From assembly GCA_944358385.1 (NCBI GenBank), contig CALVQW010000005.1, positions 486 through 64,485 on the forward strand: 64,000 bases of DNA. Reading direction: 5' to 3'. Source of the stretch: an uncultured Clostridia bacterium. Its GTDB lineage: Bacteria; Bacillota; Clostridia; Christensenellales; CAG-917. Position 1 is the stretch's first letter; each line of letters starts with the position of its first letter. The notes under the pieces were generated by a model. It was given only the letters and a program-made list of their open reading frames with translations, did no database searches and was not told where the DNA came from. This document shows, piece by piece, positions 10,784-20,348 of this stretch. The position numbers were made by a program, and so were the translations under genes.

Positions 10784-12982
10784 ATGAAGAAAAAAGTTTT
10801 TCTTGCCATCATTGCGGTCCTTGTGATCTGCCTCACGTGCGGCATGCTGCTCGTGGCGTGCAACAAGGATAAGGACAATGGCGGCGATAACGGCAAAGAT
10901 CCGGGCAAAAATCCCGGCACCGTCGTTCCTCCCGTGACCGCAATTGATATCATGCAGGATATCATTGACGATTTCGATGAAGTGGCAAAAGACACCTCCG
11001 GCGACAAGGAATTCAACTTCGGTCTGGAGATCCTTGACGGTGAGAAGCCCGTCTTTGCCATTGCGACCGAGACCATCGGCGGTAATGACTACCTCTACGG
11101 TGCGGTCGGCAACAACATGAAGAAGTTCAACGGTCTGGACCTCGGCGGCGTCGTGGAAACGGTGCTCAGCTGGCTGGGCACGGACATCATGGGCGTGGTC
11201 AACCTCGACGCCGACAAATTCCTCGACGGAATGGTCGGTCTTGTCCTTCCCGGTATCCTCGGCAGCTATGAAGTGGCGGAGAACGGCGAAGCGTACAGGA
11301 TGGAGGTCGCTCTTTCGGGCGTCATCTCGCTCATCGATGGCAGCGAAGAATCCTTAGTTGACATCAATGAGGTGATCGGCAACGCGGCAGGCACCGTCAA
11401 CGGCATCATCGACACGGTGTGCGGTTTGCTCGGGATCACCAATGAGGAGATCGGCATCGCACCCGAAGCGACTGTCACGCTCGGCAACTTCCTGACCTAC
11501 ATCTCCAAGTTCACCGTCAACGCCTACTTCGGCTTCGGCGCGAATGCGGACAAGGAGCAGGAGGCGACCAACGCCACTGCCAATCCCTTCGGCAACCTTG
11601 CGTTCGGCGAGCGCGTGAAAGCGGCGCGTGAGGCGACGGCCATCAACATCCTCAACTTCGAAGGTCAGGTCAAGATCGAGACTCTCGACGAGGCGAACAA
11701 AGTCAAGCACACTTATCTGCTCGACATCGCCGTGGACGCCAACCCCTTCGTGCTGCTCAAGGACAAAGATGGCGGCTGCGGTCTGCTCAGTCTGCTCAAG
11801 CTGGAGGATGAAACCAAGGATCTCCTTGACAAAGGCAACAAACTTGTGTTTAAAGATTTCGAGATCGCGGACATCCTTGAGATGCTCGACGGCTTCGGCT
11901 ACATCCACATTGCAATGAACGAGGTCACCATCTCCGGCGAGGGCGAAGCGCAGGAGATTAAACCTGTCAAGAACCTCTTCACTCTGCACTATGACTCCGA
12001 GGAAGATGCGGCGATCGTGGCGGCGGCACTCGTCGATGCCATCGACGACAAGAACTACGCCATCGGCGGCAGCTACAACGTGAGCGCGCTTGCGGACATC
12101 ATCAACGAGATCATCGCGCAGGCGAAGAAAGACAAGGAAGATAACGCGGGCGAGAACGCCGGCGGTGCGGCAGTGGCAACGGCGGAGCACACCCATGCGG
12201 ATGCGAACGGTGACTGCGTGTGTGACGTTGAGGGCTGTGGCGCGGCAATGCATGTCGACAGCAACAACGACTGCAAGTGCGACAAGTGTAAGGCCCCGAT
12301 GCATGTCGATACCGCTCCCGCGGACGGCGTCTGCGACCACTGCAAGGCTGTCAGCAACGCGATGACCTTCATCGGCACTCTGTTCGGCGAGCTGACGAAA
12401 AAGGACCAGGACTACTATGCCATTGACAAGGAGAACGGCACCATCACCGTTGATACCGACAATATTGCGGACTACCTCGTCAAACTGCTCATGAAGGATC
12501 CCGACGGTCAGGGCGCGGATGTCAAAGGCATCATTCCTCAGATCCTGGGCGGCAACGCTCTGCGCCTGAGCGTGTCCGAGAAGTTTGCATACGCTCCCGA
12601 GGGCGGCATCGAGAGAGTCGAGGAAGAGGACATCATGTACAACCTGCGTGAGGACTTCGCGGGCGACACGATGGATAAGTTCATGGAGACCATCACCAGC
12701 GTCACCGCGAAAGACGGCGGCGAGATCGTCGTCGGCAGCCTTGTGACCGTCACCGGTACCGCGTTCGACGGCACCACCTCCATCACCACCGACGGTATCA
12801 TCATGCAGACCACGGACGACACCTACTACATCGGCATCGTGACCGATATGTATCAGAACCTCGGCGCGCTCAAAGCATTGGTCAACACCATCATCCCGAA
12901 TGCGTGGACGCCTGACTTCGAGCTTGGAGACAACTGGCCCTTCTACGGTGTGCTGGCTTACACCGTCCCCGCTCAGGCGTAA
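10784..12982 (+). CDS. surface lipoprotein, paralog of 5919-9218, with three His/Cys-rich repeats
   Basis: Near-identical signal peptide (IAVLVICLTCGMLLVACN); shared VVPPVTA, KEFN, TETIGG.DY.YG and YFGFG motifs; AAGGAG RBS. Confidence 0.9.
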   Translation: MKKKVFLAIIAVLVICLTCGMLLVACNKDKDNGGDNGKDPGKNPGTVVPPVTAIDIMQDIIDDFDEVAKDTSGDKEFNFGLEILDGEKPVFAIATETIGGNDYLYGAVGNNMKKFNGLDLGGVVETVLSWLGTDIMGVVNLDADKFLDGMVGLVLPGILGSYEVAENGEAYRMEVALSGVISLIDGSEESLVDINEVIGNAAGTVNGIIDTVCGLLGITNEEIGIAPEATVTLGNFLTYISKFTVNAYFGFGANADKEQEATNATANPFGNLAFGERVKAAREATAINILNFEGQVKIETLDEANKVKHTYLLDIAVDANPFVLLKDKDGGCGLLSLLKLEDETKDLLDKGNKLVFKDFEIADILEMLDGFGYIHIAMNEVTISGEGEAQEIKPVKNLFTLHYDSEEDAAIVAAALVDAIDDKNYAIGGSYNVSALADIINEIIAQAKKDKEDNAGENAGGAAVATAEHTHADANGDCVCDVEGCGAAMHVDSNNDCKCDKCKAPMHVDTAPADGVCDHCKAVSNAMTFIGTLFGELTKKDQDYYAIDKENGTITVDTDNIADYLVKLLMKDPDGQGADVKGIIPQILGGNALRLSVSEKFAYAPEGGIERVEEEDIMYNLREDFAGDTMDKFMETITSVTAKDGGEIVVGSLVTVTGTAFDGTTSITTDGIIMQTTDDTYYIGIVTDMYQNLGALKALVNTIIPNAWTPDFELGDNWPFYGVLAYTVPAQA

Positions 12983-13015
12983 GCCTCCTGCGGAACATCA
13001 CATGACAATGTGAAG

Positions 13016-13044
13016 AAACCCCTGCGCCTTGGGCGCAGGGGTTT
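13016..13044 (+). terminator. intrinsic terminator
   Basis: AAACCCCTGCGCC / GGCGCAGGGGTTT followed by T-rich tail. Confidence 0.8.
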
Positions 13045-13454
13045 TGCTCTTTTGTCAATTATGTGCAAAGGCTGTACAAAGCGGGGAGGGACGTAGCGGC
13101 AGGGAAGCCTGCGTATCCTTCCGGACATCGGAGCGGCGGCGCGGCGGCAGGGAACTCTGCATATCCTCCCTGCCCGACATCGGGGCGGCGCGGGAGAGTG
13201 CGGAGGAGCGCGGGACAAAACGCAGGGGAGCAGAGTGTGTGGCGGAGCGCGGAAGGGGCAATGAGCAGAGCGAAAGAGGCAAAGAGCGTGCGATGACGAA
13301 AGGCTAGGTGCGGTCGGAAAAGAGCGCGGAGAGGGGGAAAAGAGGGAGAAAGTGCACAAAATCCCGCATTTTGCGGGGCATTGTTTACGCACGGGCATTT
13401 TTGTGCTATCATGACTTTATAAAGTCAAGCACAGCCAAGTGGTTCGGAGGAGTT

Positions 13455-14330
13455 ATGAGGATCGCGGAATTGTTCAAACAGAAAAAAGCCGTATGGTCTT
13501 TCGAGGTGTTCCCGCCCAAACAGCAGAGCGCGATGGACGGCATCAACGCCACTCTTGCGCAGCTCAAGGACCTCGCGCCCGATTACGTCTCGGTGACGTA
13601 CAGCGCGGGCGGCAGCCGCAACGCCCATACCGCCGCGGTCGCAAGCAAGGTCAAGGAGCTGGGTATGCTCCCTCTCGGTCACATCACCTGCGTCAATTCC
13701 ACCAAGGATGAGGTGCGCGCCGCTCTCGGCGGGCTTAAGGACGCGGGAGTTGAGAACCTTCTCGCTCTGCGCGGCGACAGGGTGGAGGGCGTGCAGGCGG
13801 GGGATTTCTCCTATGCGTCCGACCTCATACGTTTCATCAAAGAAAACGGCTTCGATTTCGACATTTCGGCGGCGTGCTATCCCGAAGGACATCCCGAAAG
13901 CGAGAGCCTGCTTGCCGACGTCAGACACCTCAAAGAGAAGGTGGACCTCGGCGTGACGCACCTCAACACCCAGCTCTTTTTCGACAATGACGACTATTTC
14001 CGTTTCATGGACATGGTGAGGCTCGCGGGCATAGACGTCCCCGTACAGGCGGGAGTGATGCCGCTGGTGAAAGCCTCACAGTTCGGCGGCATTGTCAAGA
14101 TGACGGCTGCAAAGATCCCGTCCAAGATCTCGCGCATGTACGCGCGGTTCGCGGATGACGCGGAGTCTCTCACCGAGGCGGGCATTGCCTATGCGACGGA
14201 TCAGATCATAGACCTGCTCAGCGGCGGCGTGGACGGCGTGCATCTTTACATCATGAACAACTCTTACGTCGCGCGGCGCATAACGGAAAATGTGCGCCCC
14301 TTCCTCGACAAGCTCAATGCGGAGAAGTGA
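13455..14330 (+). CDS. metF: 5,10-methylenetetrahydrofolate reductase
   Basis: SFEVFPPK, SVTYSAGG, LALRGD, YPEGHPE, TQLFFD motifs; GGAGG RBS. Confidence 0.95.
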   Translation: MRIAELFKQKKAVWSFEVFPPKQQSAMDGINATLAQLKDLAPDYVSVTYSAGGSRNAHTAAVASKVKELGMLPLGHITCVNSTKDEVRAALGGLKDAGVENLLALRGDRVEGVQAGDFSYASDLIRFIKENGFDFDISAACYPEGHPESESLLADVRHLKEKVDLGVTHLNTQLFFDNDDYFRFMDMVRLAGIDVPVQAGVMPLVKASQFGGIVKMTAAKIPSKISRMYARFADDAESLTEAGIAYATDQIIDLLSGGVDGVHLYIMNNSYVARRITENVRPFLDKLNAEK

Positions 14331-14331
14331 G

Positions 14332-14910
14332 ATGAGGGTGGATCGCGCGGAGACGCTCCGATATCTCGGTTTCCGCGGGCAGGAACTCACTGCCGCGGAC
14401 GAGAGCAACCTTAAACGCGCGGAGGAGCTGTGCATGGCTCACGCGCACCCGCGCACCGCGGCGGTCAGGTTCGGGTTCGACTGCGGGAGCATGGCTCTCG
14501 CGGGGTGCGGAGTCACCTTCCGAGGCGAGGCGATAAGGCGGCATCTCGCGGGGTGTGACGCGGTCTGGCTGGTGGCGGGGACGCTGGGGCTTGAGACGGA
14601 CAGGCTCATCGCCCGTCTCATGCGCGAGGATCCCGCTCTCGGCGTCGTGACGGACGCCGCCGCAGTCTCCGCCATAGAGAGCGTGATGGACGAGCTTTCG
14701 GCTGAGATAGCCGAGAAGGAAGGGGGGAGGACGACGCGGCGTTTTTCCTGCGGGTATGCGGATTTTCCTCTCGAACAGCAACACGATTTCATGCGCCTGC
14801 TCGACATGGGCAGAAAACTCGGCGTGTTCATCGGCGCGGATCTCATCATGACTCCGCAAAAGACGGTGACCGCCGTCATCGGCGTGCGCGCGGGCGAGGA
14901 CAGCTTATGA
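14332..14910 (+). CDS. B12-dependent methionine synthase reactivation-domain protein (stand-alone)
   Basis: ETLRYLG, TLG, RFSCGYADFPL, MTPQKTVTAVIG motifs; lies between metF and metH. Confidence 0.85.
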   Translation: MRVDRAETLRYLGFRGQELTAADESNLKRAEELCMAHAHPRTAAVRFGFDCGSMALAGCGVTFRGEAIRRHLAGCDAVWLVAGTLGLETDRLIARLMREDPALGVVTDAAAVSAIESVMDELSAEIAEKEGGRTTRRFSCGYADFPLEQQHDFMRLLDMGRKLGVFIGADLIMTPQKTVTAVIGVRAGEDSL

Positions 14911-17309
14911 AAAAGGATTTTCTCACATTTGCAAGACAGGGTTTCGTGCTTCTGGACGGCGGATTCGGCACGGAGCTGCAAAGGGCGGGACTGCCCGTCG
15001 GCACTCCTCCGGAGGACTTCAACCTCACCGCGCCGGATAAGGTGATCGCCATCCACCGCGCCTATGCGGAAAGCGGTGCCGACGTCATCTCTTCCAATAC
15101 ATTCGGCGCGAACCGCCGCAAACACCCCGTCCCCGGCGAGGCGGCAAAGCTCACCGCAGAGGGGGTGCGCCTTGCAAGACAGGCAGCGGGAGAGGGGAAG
15201 TTCGTCGCGCTCGACATAGGTCCTACGGGCGCGCTCACCGAGCCTCTCGGCGACCTCTCCTTCGATGAGGCGTACGACGTGTTCAAGGAGCAGGTGGTGG
15301 CGGGGAAGGACGCGGACGTCATAATCATAGAGACCATGTCCGACCTTGCGGAACTCAAAGCCGCCGCTCTCGCTGCGCGGGAGAACAGCTCTTTGCCCGT
15401 GATGTGCTCCATGACTTTCGACGAGAGCGGGCGCACTTTCACGGGGTGCAGCGTGGAGTGTTTCGGCATTGCCGCATCCTGCTATGCGGACTTTCTCGGC
15501 ATCAACTGTTCATTGGGACCGGATAAGATCCTGCCGCTGATGAAGAGGCTGATGGCGGTGAGCAGAGTGCCTGTGTTCGTCAAAGCGAATGCGGGGCTGC
15601 CCGACAGCGGGATGAACTACTCGGTGGGAGCGAAAGAGTTTGCGGCATTGTATGAGGACTACATCGCGGAAGGGGTGTGTGTGCTGGGCGGATGCTGCGG
15701 CACCACTCCCGATCATATTGCCGAGATCAAGAAGCTTATTTCGCACAAAACGCCTGTTAAACGTGACATAAAGTGTGTTTCAGCCGTCTGTTCTGCAACA
15801 AAAGCCGTTTTCATCGACGGAGTTAAGGTGGTGGGGGAGCGCGTGAATCCCACCGGCAAAAAGGCGATGAGAGAGGCTCTTTTGAAGGGGGACACCGACT
15901 ATGTCGCCGCACAGGTGGCGGAGCAGGCGGATGCGGGGGCGGACATACTTGACATCAACTGCGGAGTGCCGGGGCTGGACGAGAGCGTCGCTCTCCCCAA
16001 GCTCGTCGCATTCGTCTCCTCTCTCACGGACACTCCCTTGCAGATGGACTGCGCCAAGCCCGATGCGGTGGAGAGAGCGTTGCGCACCTATGCCGGCAAG
16101 GCGATCCTCAACTCCGTGACGGGGGAGGAGAAGTCGCTCTCCGCGCTGCTCCCCATTGCAAAGAAGTACGGCGCGGCTGTGGTCGCGCTCACCGTGGACG
16201 ACAGGGGAGTGCCGCACTCCGTAGAGGAGAGGCTGGCGATCGCGCGCAGGATCATCGCCGCCGCAAAGGATATCGGCATACCCGAACAGGACATCATTGT
16301 GGACTGCCTTACCCTCACCGTGGGGGCGGAGCAGGAACAGGCTATGTTCACCCTCGCCGCCCTCAACGCGATCAAGAAAGAGTTTGACGTCAAGACCACT
16401 CTCGGTGTCTCCAACATCTCCTTCGGGCTGCCCGCAAGGAAGATCGTCAACACCGCTTTCCTCACCATGGCGATGTATGCGGGGCTGGACCTTCCCATCC
16501 TCAACCCGAATATACCCGAAAATATGCAGGCGGTTGACGCTTTCAGAGTGCTTTCTGGGCAGGACGCGGGGTGCGCGGGCTATGCGGAGAAATACGCTTC
16601 CTTCATTTCACAGCCCCCCTCTCCCGCCTCTCCCTCCGCGGCAACTGCGGGAAAAGAGGAGAGGAGCGCGGCAGCCGGCGACGGCGAGGAGCTTTGCCGC
16701 TGCATAACCAAAGGCTTGGAAGAGCGCGCGTGCGCGATCACGCGCAGGCTGCTTGACGAAAAAGACGGCATCTCGGTCATAGACGGGTGGCTCATCCCCG
16801 CCCTCAACCGCGTGGGTGACGACTACGCCGCGGGCAGGATATTCCTGCCCCAGCTCATCACGTCTGCGGAGACGGCGAAGAAGTGCTTTGACATCGTGCG
16901 CGCGTCCCTTCCCGACGCGAGCAGTGCGGAGAAGGGTGTCATTGTGCTTGCCACCGTCAAGGGAGACGTGCATGACATCGGCAAAAACATCGTCAAGACG
17001 GTGCTGGAAAATTACGGATACCGTGTCATCGACCTCGGCAAGAACGTCCCCGTCGAGGAGGTGACGGCGGCGTGCGTGAAGCACGGTGTCAGGCTGTGTG
17101 GGCTGAGCGCGCTCATGACCACCACGGTGGACAATATGCGCCTCACGGTGGAGGCGTTGCATAAGGAGTGTCCGGGGTGCAAGGTCATGGTGGGCGGCGC
17201 GGTGCTGACTGCGGAATACGCCGCGGCGATCGGCGCGGACAGATATTGCAAGGACGCGGCGGCGAGTGCGAGATATGCAGCCGAAGTGTTCGGAAAAGAG
17301 AACGTCTGA
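14907..17309 (+). CDS. metH: cobalamin-dependent methionine synthase (Hcy-, pterin- and B12-binding domains)
   Basis: LLDGGFGT, GINCS, GGCCGTTP zinc site, GERVNPTG, GVSNISFG, GDVHDIGKN B12-binding motif. Confidence 0.95.
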   Translation: MKKDFLTFARQGFVLLDGGFGTELQRAGLPVGTPPEDFNLTAPDKVIAIHRAYAESGADVISSNTFGANRRKHPVPGEAAKLTAEGVRLARQAAGEGKFVALDIGPTGALTEPLGDLSFDEAYDVFKEQVVAGKDADVIIIETMSDLAELKAAALAARENSSLPVMCSMTFDESGRTFTGCSVECFGIAASCYADFLGINCSLGPDKILPLMKRLMAVSRVPVFVKANAGLPDSGMNYSVGAKEFAALYEDYIAEGVCVLGGCCGTTPDHIAEIKKLISHKTPVKRDIKCVSAVCSATKAVFIDGVKVVGERVNPTGKKAMREALLKGDTDYVAAQVAEQADAGADILDINCGVPGLDESVALPKLVAFVSSLTDTPLQMDCAKPDAVERALRTYAGKAILNSVTGEEKSLSALLPIAKKYGAAVVALTVDDRGVPHSVEERLAIARRIIAAAKDIGIPEQDIIVDCLTLTVGAEQEQAMFTLAALNAIKKEFDVKTTLGVSNISFGLPARKIVNTAFLTMAMYAGLDLPILNPNIPENMQAVDAFRVLSGQDAGCAGYAEKYASFISQPPSPASPSAATAGKEERSAAAGDGEELCRCITKGLEERACAITRRLLDEKDGISVIDGWLIPALNRVGDDYAAGRIFLPQLITSAETAKKCFDIVRASLPDASSAEKGVIVLATVKGDVHDIGKNIVKTVLENYGYRVIDLGKNVPVEEVTAACVKHGVRLCGLSALMTTTVDNMRLTVEALHKECPGCKVMVGGAVLTAEYAAAIGADRYCKDAAASARYAAEVFGKENV

Positions 17310-17358
17310 CGTGCGCCAAACGCCGACAACAGCAGTTCATATGACAAAAAAAGATGAT

Positions 17359-17400
17359 AAACCGCCTTTTCGGCGAATTGCCGAGGGGCGGTTTTCGTTT
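17359..17400 (+). terminator. intrinsic terminator
   Basis: AAACCGCCTTTTCGGC / GCCGAGGGGCGGTTTT plus T tail. Confidence 0.7.
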
Positions 17401-17504
17401 GTGAGAGGGTGCGGCGCGGGGAAAAATAGGGGGTTGAAATCCGCGGCAAATGGTGAGATAATATAGGCGGGCATAGGGGATACCCTACGCTCAAAGGGGG
17501 AAAT

Positions 17505-18794
17505 ATGGACTTCAAGATGAAACTCACCGATGAACAGCTCGGGATACTCAACGGGGAGCGCGGCGAGACTTTGGCTAAGGTCATGAGGACGCTCGTGCTT
17601 TTCGGCGATGTGTTCGGGGCGGAAAAGTTGGTGCCCGTCACCCACAAGCAAGGGCATCTCGTCACAAGTTTCGGCATAGGGCTGCTCAAACCCCTCTTCC
17701 GCACCATGGACGAGTTGATCGAGGCGGGACTCAAAGCAGAGGGCGGCTTCACCGTCGATCCGCGCCCCATAGATTACGCCAACGTCAAGTGTAATCTGTT
17801 GGAGAAGCTGGTGTTCAACAAGTTTATGTACTCACAGCAGGCGCGCTACGAGGAGCAGCTTTCCAAGGTCGGTCTGCGCGATGCGGACGCCTTCTCCTGC
17901 ACCTGCTATCTTCCGGAGACGGGCAACGTCCCCGCAAAAGGCGACGTCCTTTCGTGGGCGGAATCCTCCGCCGTGGTCTATGCCAATTCCGTGCTGGGTG
18001 CGCGTTGCAACCGCAACAGCGGTATGCTGGATCTGTTCGGCTCGATAGTCGGCTTTGTGCCTTACTTCGGGCTGCTCACGGACGAGGGCAGGAAGGCGTC
18101 GTGGAAGGTGTACGTGAAAACGTCCGCGAAGCCTGAGGCGCAGGTGTTGGGCAGTGCGATAGGCATGAAAGTCGTGGAGGACGTCCCGTACGTCTACGGG
18201 CTTGACAAGTTCCTGGGCGGGGAACTCAACGACGAGACCAAGGCTTATCTCAAAGATTTCGGCGCGGCGACGGCAAGCAACGGCGCGGTCGGGCTTTACC
18301 ACATCGACGGGCTGACTCCCGAGGCAAAGGAGCAGGGCGAGGACCTCATCCTTCCCGAAGCCCGCACCTACGTCATCGACGATGCCGAGCTTGAGAGGGT
18401 GTATCGCTCCTATCCCGTCATGTGGAAGGACGCCTCCGCGAAAGCCAAGCTTTGTTTCATCGGCTGTCCGCATCTCACCTACTCCCAGCTCGTCGGCTGG
18501 ACCAACGCCATCCGCGGCGCGCTGTCTGCGGCGGGCAGAAGGAAGGTCGCAGTGCGCACCGTGTTGTGTACGAGTCCGGGAGTGGCAAAGCGGTTCAAAG
18601 CCACGCCGCAGTATGCAGCCCTCACCGAGACGGGCGCGACGCTCACGAGCATATGCCCGCTCATGTACACCAACAACCCGCTCACCAAGGGCACTCCCAT
18701 AGCGACCAACAGCAACAAACTGCGCACCTATTCCGTGGCGCGCTATTATATGGACAAGGATATGCTCCGCGTCATTGCAGGGGAGGACAAGTGA
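17505..18794 (+). CDS. aconitase X, large (catalytic, DUF521-type) subunit
   Basis: LTDEQ..ILNGERG, FSCTCY, WAESSAVVYANSVLGARCNR, IGCPH, CP..Y, ATNS.K motifs. Confidence 0.88.
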   Translation: MDFKMKLTDEQLGILNGERGETLAKVMRTLVLFGDVFGAEKLVPVTHKQGHLVTSFGIGLLKPLFRTMDELIEAGLKAEGGFTVDPRPIDYANVKCNLLEKLVFNKFMYSQQARYEEQLSKVGLRDADAFSCTCYLPETGNVPAKGDVLSWAESSAVVYANSVLGARCNRNSGMLDLFGSIVGFVPYFGLLTDEGRKASWKVYVKTSAKPEAQVLGSAIGMKVVEDVPYVYGLDKFLGGELNDETKAYLKDFGAATASNGAVGLYHIDGLTPEAKEQGEDLILPEARTYVIDDAELERVYRSYPVMWKDASAKAKLCFIGCPHLTYSQLVGWTNAIRGALSAAGRRKVAVRTVLCTSPGVAKRFKATPQYAALTETGATLTSICPLMYTNNPLTKGTPIATNSNKLRTYSVARYYMDKDMLRVIAGEDK

Positions 18795-18795
18795 T

Positions 18796-19236
18796 ATGAG
18801 GACGTTTAAAGGAAGAGTGATCGCAGGCGGCAAATGGGAGGGCGAGGCGGTGGTCTCGCATGCGGGCGTGAACACTCTCGCCACCTTCCAGAAGAGCGCG
18901 ATGGCGAATAAATCTCAAGTCATCGTCTCCGATCAGAACAATCCCGACATCTACGGCAGGAACATTACGGGCAAAGCGTTGTGCCTCCCCGTCACCATAG
19001 GCTCCACCACGGGCGGACTGGTCATACAGACGGTGTGCGCGATGAACATCAACCCCGCGTGTTTCCTCTTCTCCAAACACATCGACAGCCTTGCCGCGAG
19101 CGGCATCGTGCTGGCAAAGGTGTGGGAGGGGAGCAACGTCATCGCCATAGACATGCTGGGCGACGAATTCCTCGACACGGTAAAGACGGGAGATCGCATC
19201 AGAGTGGACGAGGACGGCACGGTGACTTTGCTGTAA
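18796..19236 (+). CDS. aconitase X, small (swivel, DUF126-type) subunit
   Basis: FKGRVIAGG..EGEAVVS, G.NITGK.L, GSTTG, GD.I.VD motifs; directly follows the large subunit. Confidence 0.85.
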   Translation: MRTFKGRVIAGGKWEGEAVVSHAGVNTLATFQKSAMANKSQVIVSDQNNPDIYGRNITGKALCLPVTIGSTTGGLVIQTVCAMNINPACFLFSKHIDSLAASGIVLAKVWEGSNVIAIDMLGDEFLDTVKTGDRIRVDEDGTVTLL

Positions 19237-19485
19237 AGCCGTATTGTGCCGAAACGGGAGTTTAATGTGCTGTTTCGGCTCATAAAACGCCAATATTGCA
19301 CATAAATGCGCGTCCGCCGCTTTTGTCGTGAGATGAAAGCGGCAGGGCGTGCGTTTTTTTGTTGCGCGGGGGCTGCGCGGAGAAGGCAAGCGGCGCGGTG
19401 ATGCCGCATAAAAAGCCACCGCCGCTCCCGATCGGGAGCGGCGGTTTCCAGGGGAGCCGTCCTTGCGGACGGGGGAGGAAAGGCG

Positions 19486-19902
19486 TCATTCGCCTATGAT
19501 CTTGATCATGATGCGCTTTTGCCGCATCCCGTCAAACTCGCCGTAGAAGATCTGTTCCCAAGTGCCGAAGTCGAGTTTGCCGTCCGTGACCGCCACCACC
19601 ACCTCTCTGCCCATTATTGTGCGTTTGAGGTGCGCGTCGGCGTTGTCCTCATAGCCGTTGTGCGCATATTGAGAGTAGGGCTTTTCGGGCGCGAGCTTTT
19701 CAAGCCATCTCTCGTAGTCGGAGTGCAGACCGCTCTCGTCGTCGTTGATGAACACGCTGGCAGTGATGTTCATCGCATTGACCAGCACAAGCCCTTCTTT
19801 GATGCCGGACTCTCTGAGTGCGGCGGCGACCTGCGGCGTGATGTTCAAGAAACCGCGGCGGGAAGGGATGTTGACGGTGAGCACTTTGCGAAAGCTTTTC
19901 AT
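19486..19902 (-). CDS. yjbQ: YjbQ/UPF0047 family protein
   Basis: [36 protein letters not shown]; GGAG RBS. Confidence 0.9.
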   Translation of the reverse strand: MKSFRKVLTVNIPSRRGFLNITPQVAAALRESGIKEGLVLVNAMNITASVFINDDESGLHSDYERWLEKLAPEKPYSQYAHNGYEDNADAHLKRTIMGREVVVAVTDGKLDFGTWEQIFYGEFDGMRQKRIMIKIIGE

Positions 19903-20348
19903 ACATTCTCCTTTGGCGTCCTTCGCCGTCTTTACTATACACCTTTCCCGCACGGGTGTCAAGGCGTCCCGGATGCGGAAGAGGGTTGGCATGCGTTTTC
20001 CGCGATCTAACGCGGCGGATCTGTGTTGTGCTTGGAGCGAGAGCCGCGGAAGTGCCTTTTTGCGCGTCCGCTGCCTATGTCGCATTTGGTGCCGCGCTCC
20101 CTCGTACCCGCCGCGTTTTGCCCGCGTCTTGTCCGCACTTTCACTTGTCCGTCCCGCCTTTTGCCGTCCGTCATCGCGTTTACCGCGTGCCGCCATTGCG
20201 CCGTACCGGTGCTTTCTCGTCTCATGTCCGCGTTTTGCCCGCGCCTTGTCGGTGTCGCGGCAGAGGCCGCGAGGCTGTTGCAAGGCGGGCGGGAAAGCGT
20301 TATAATAAAGAAAAAAAGTCGGGCGCGTCCTCGCGCTCTTTCGGTGTT

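Noticed and set aside
13050-13450. SAM or cobalamin riboswitch upstream of metF-metH
   Set aside because: Consensus core elements were not found, and the likely promoter is close to the start codon. An Rfam scan would settle it.
19950-20290. N-terminal ORF extensions of yjbQ and the decarboxylase, and a short repeat CCGCGTTTTGCCCGCG
   Set aside because: GC-rich intergenic sequence. Family motifs begin at 19902 and 20349, and only two short repeat copies occur.
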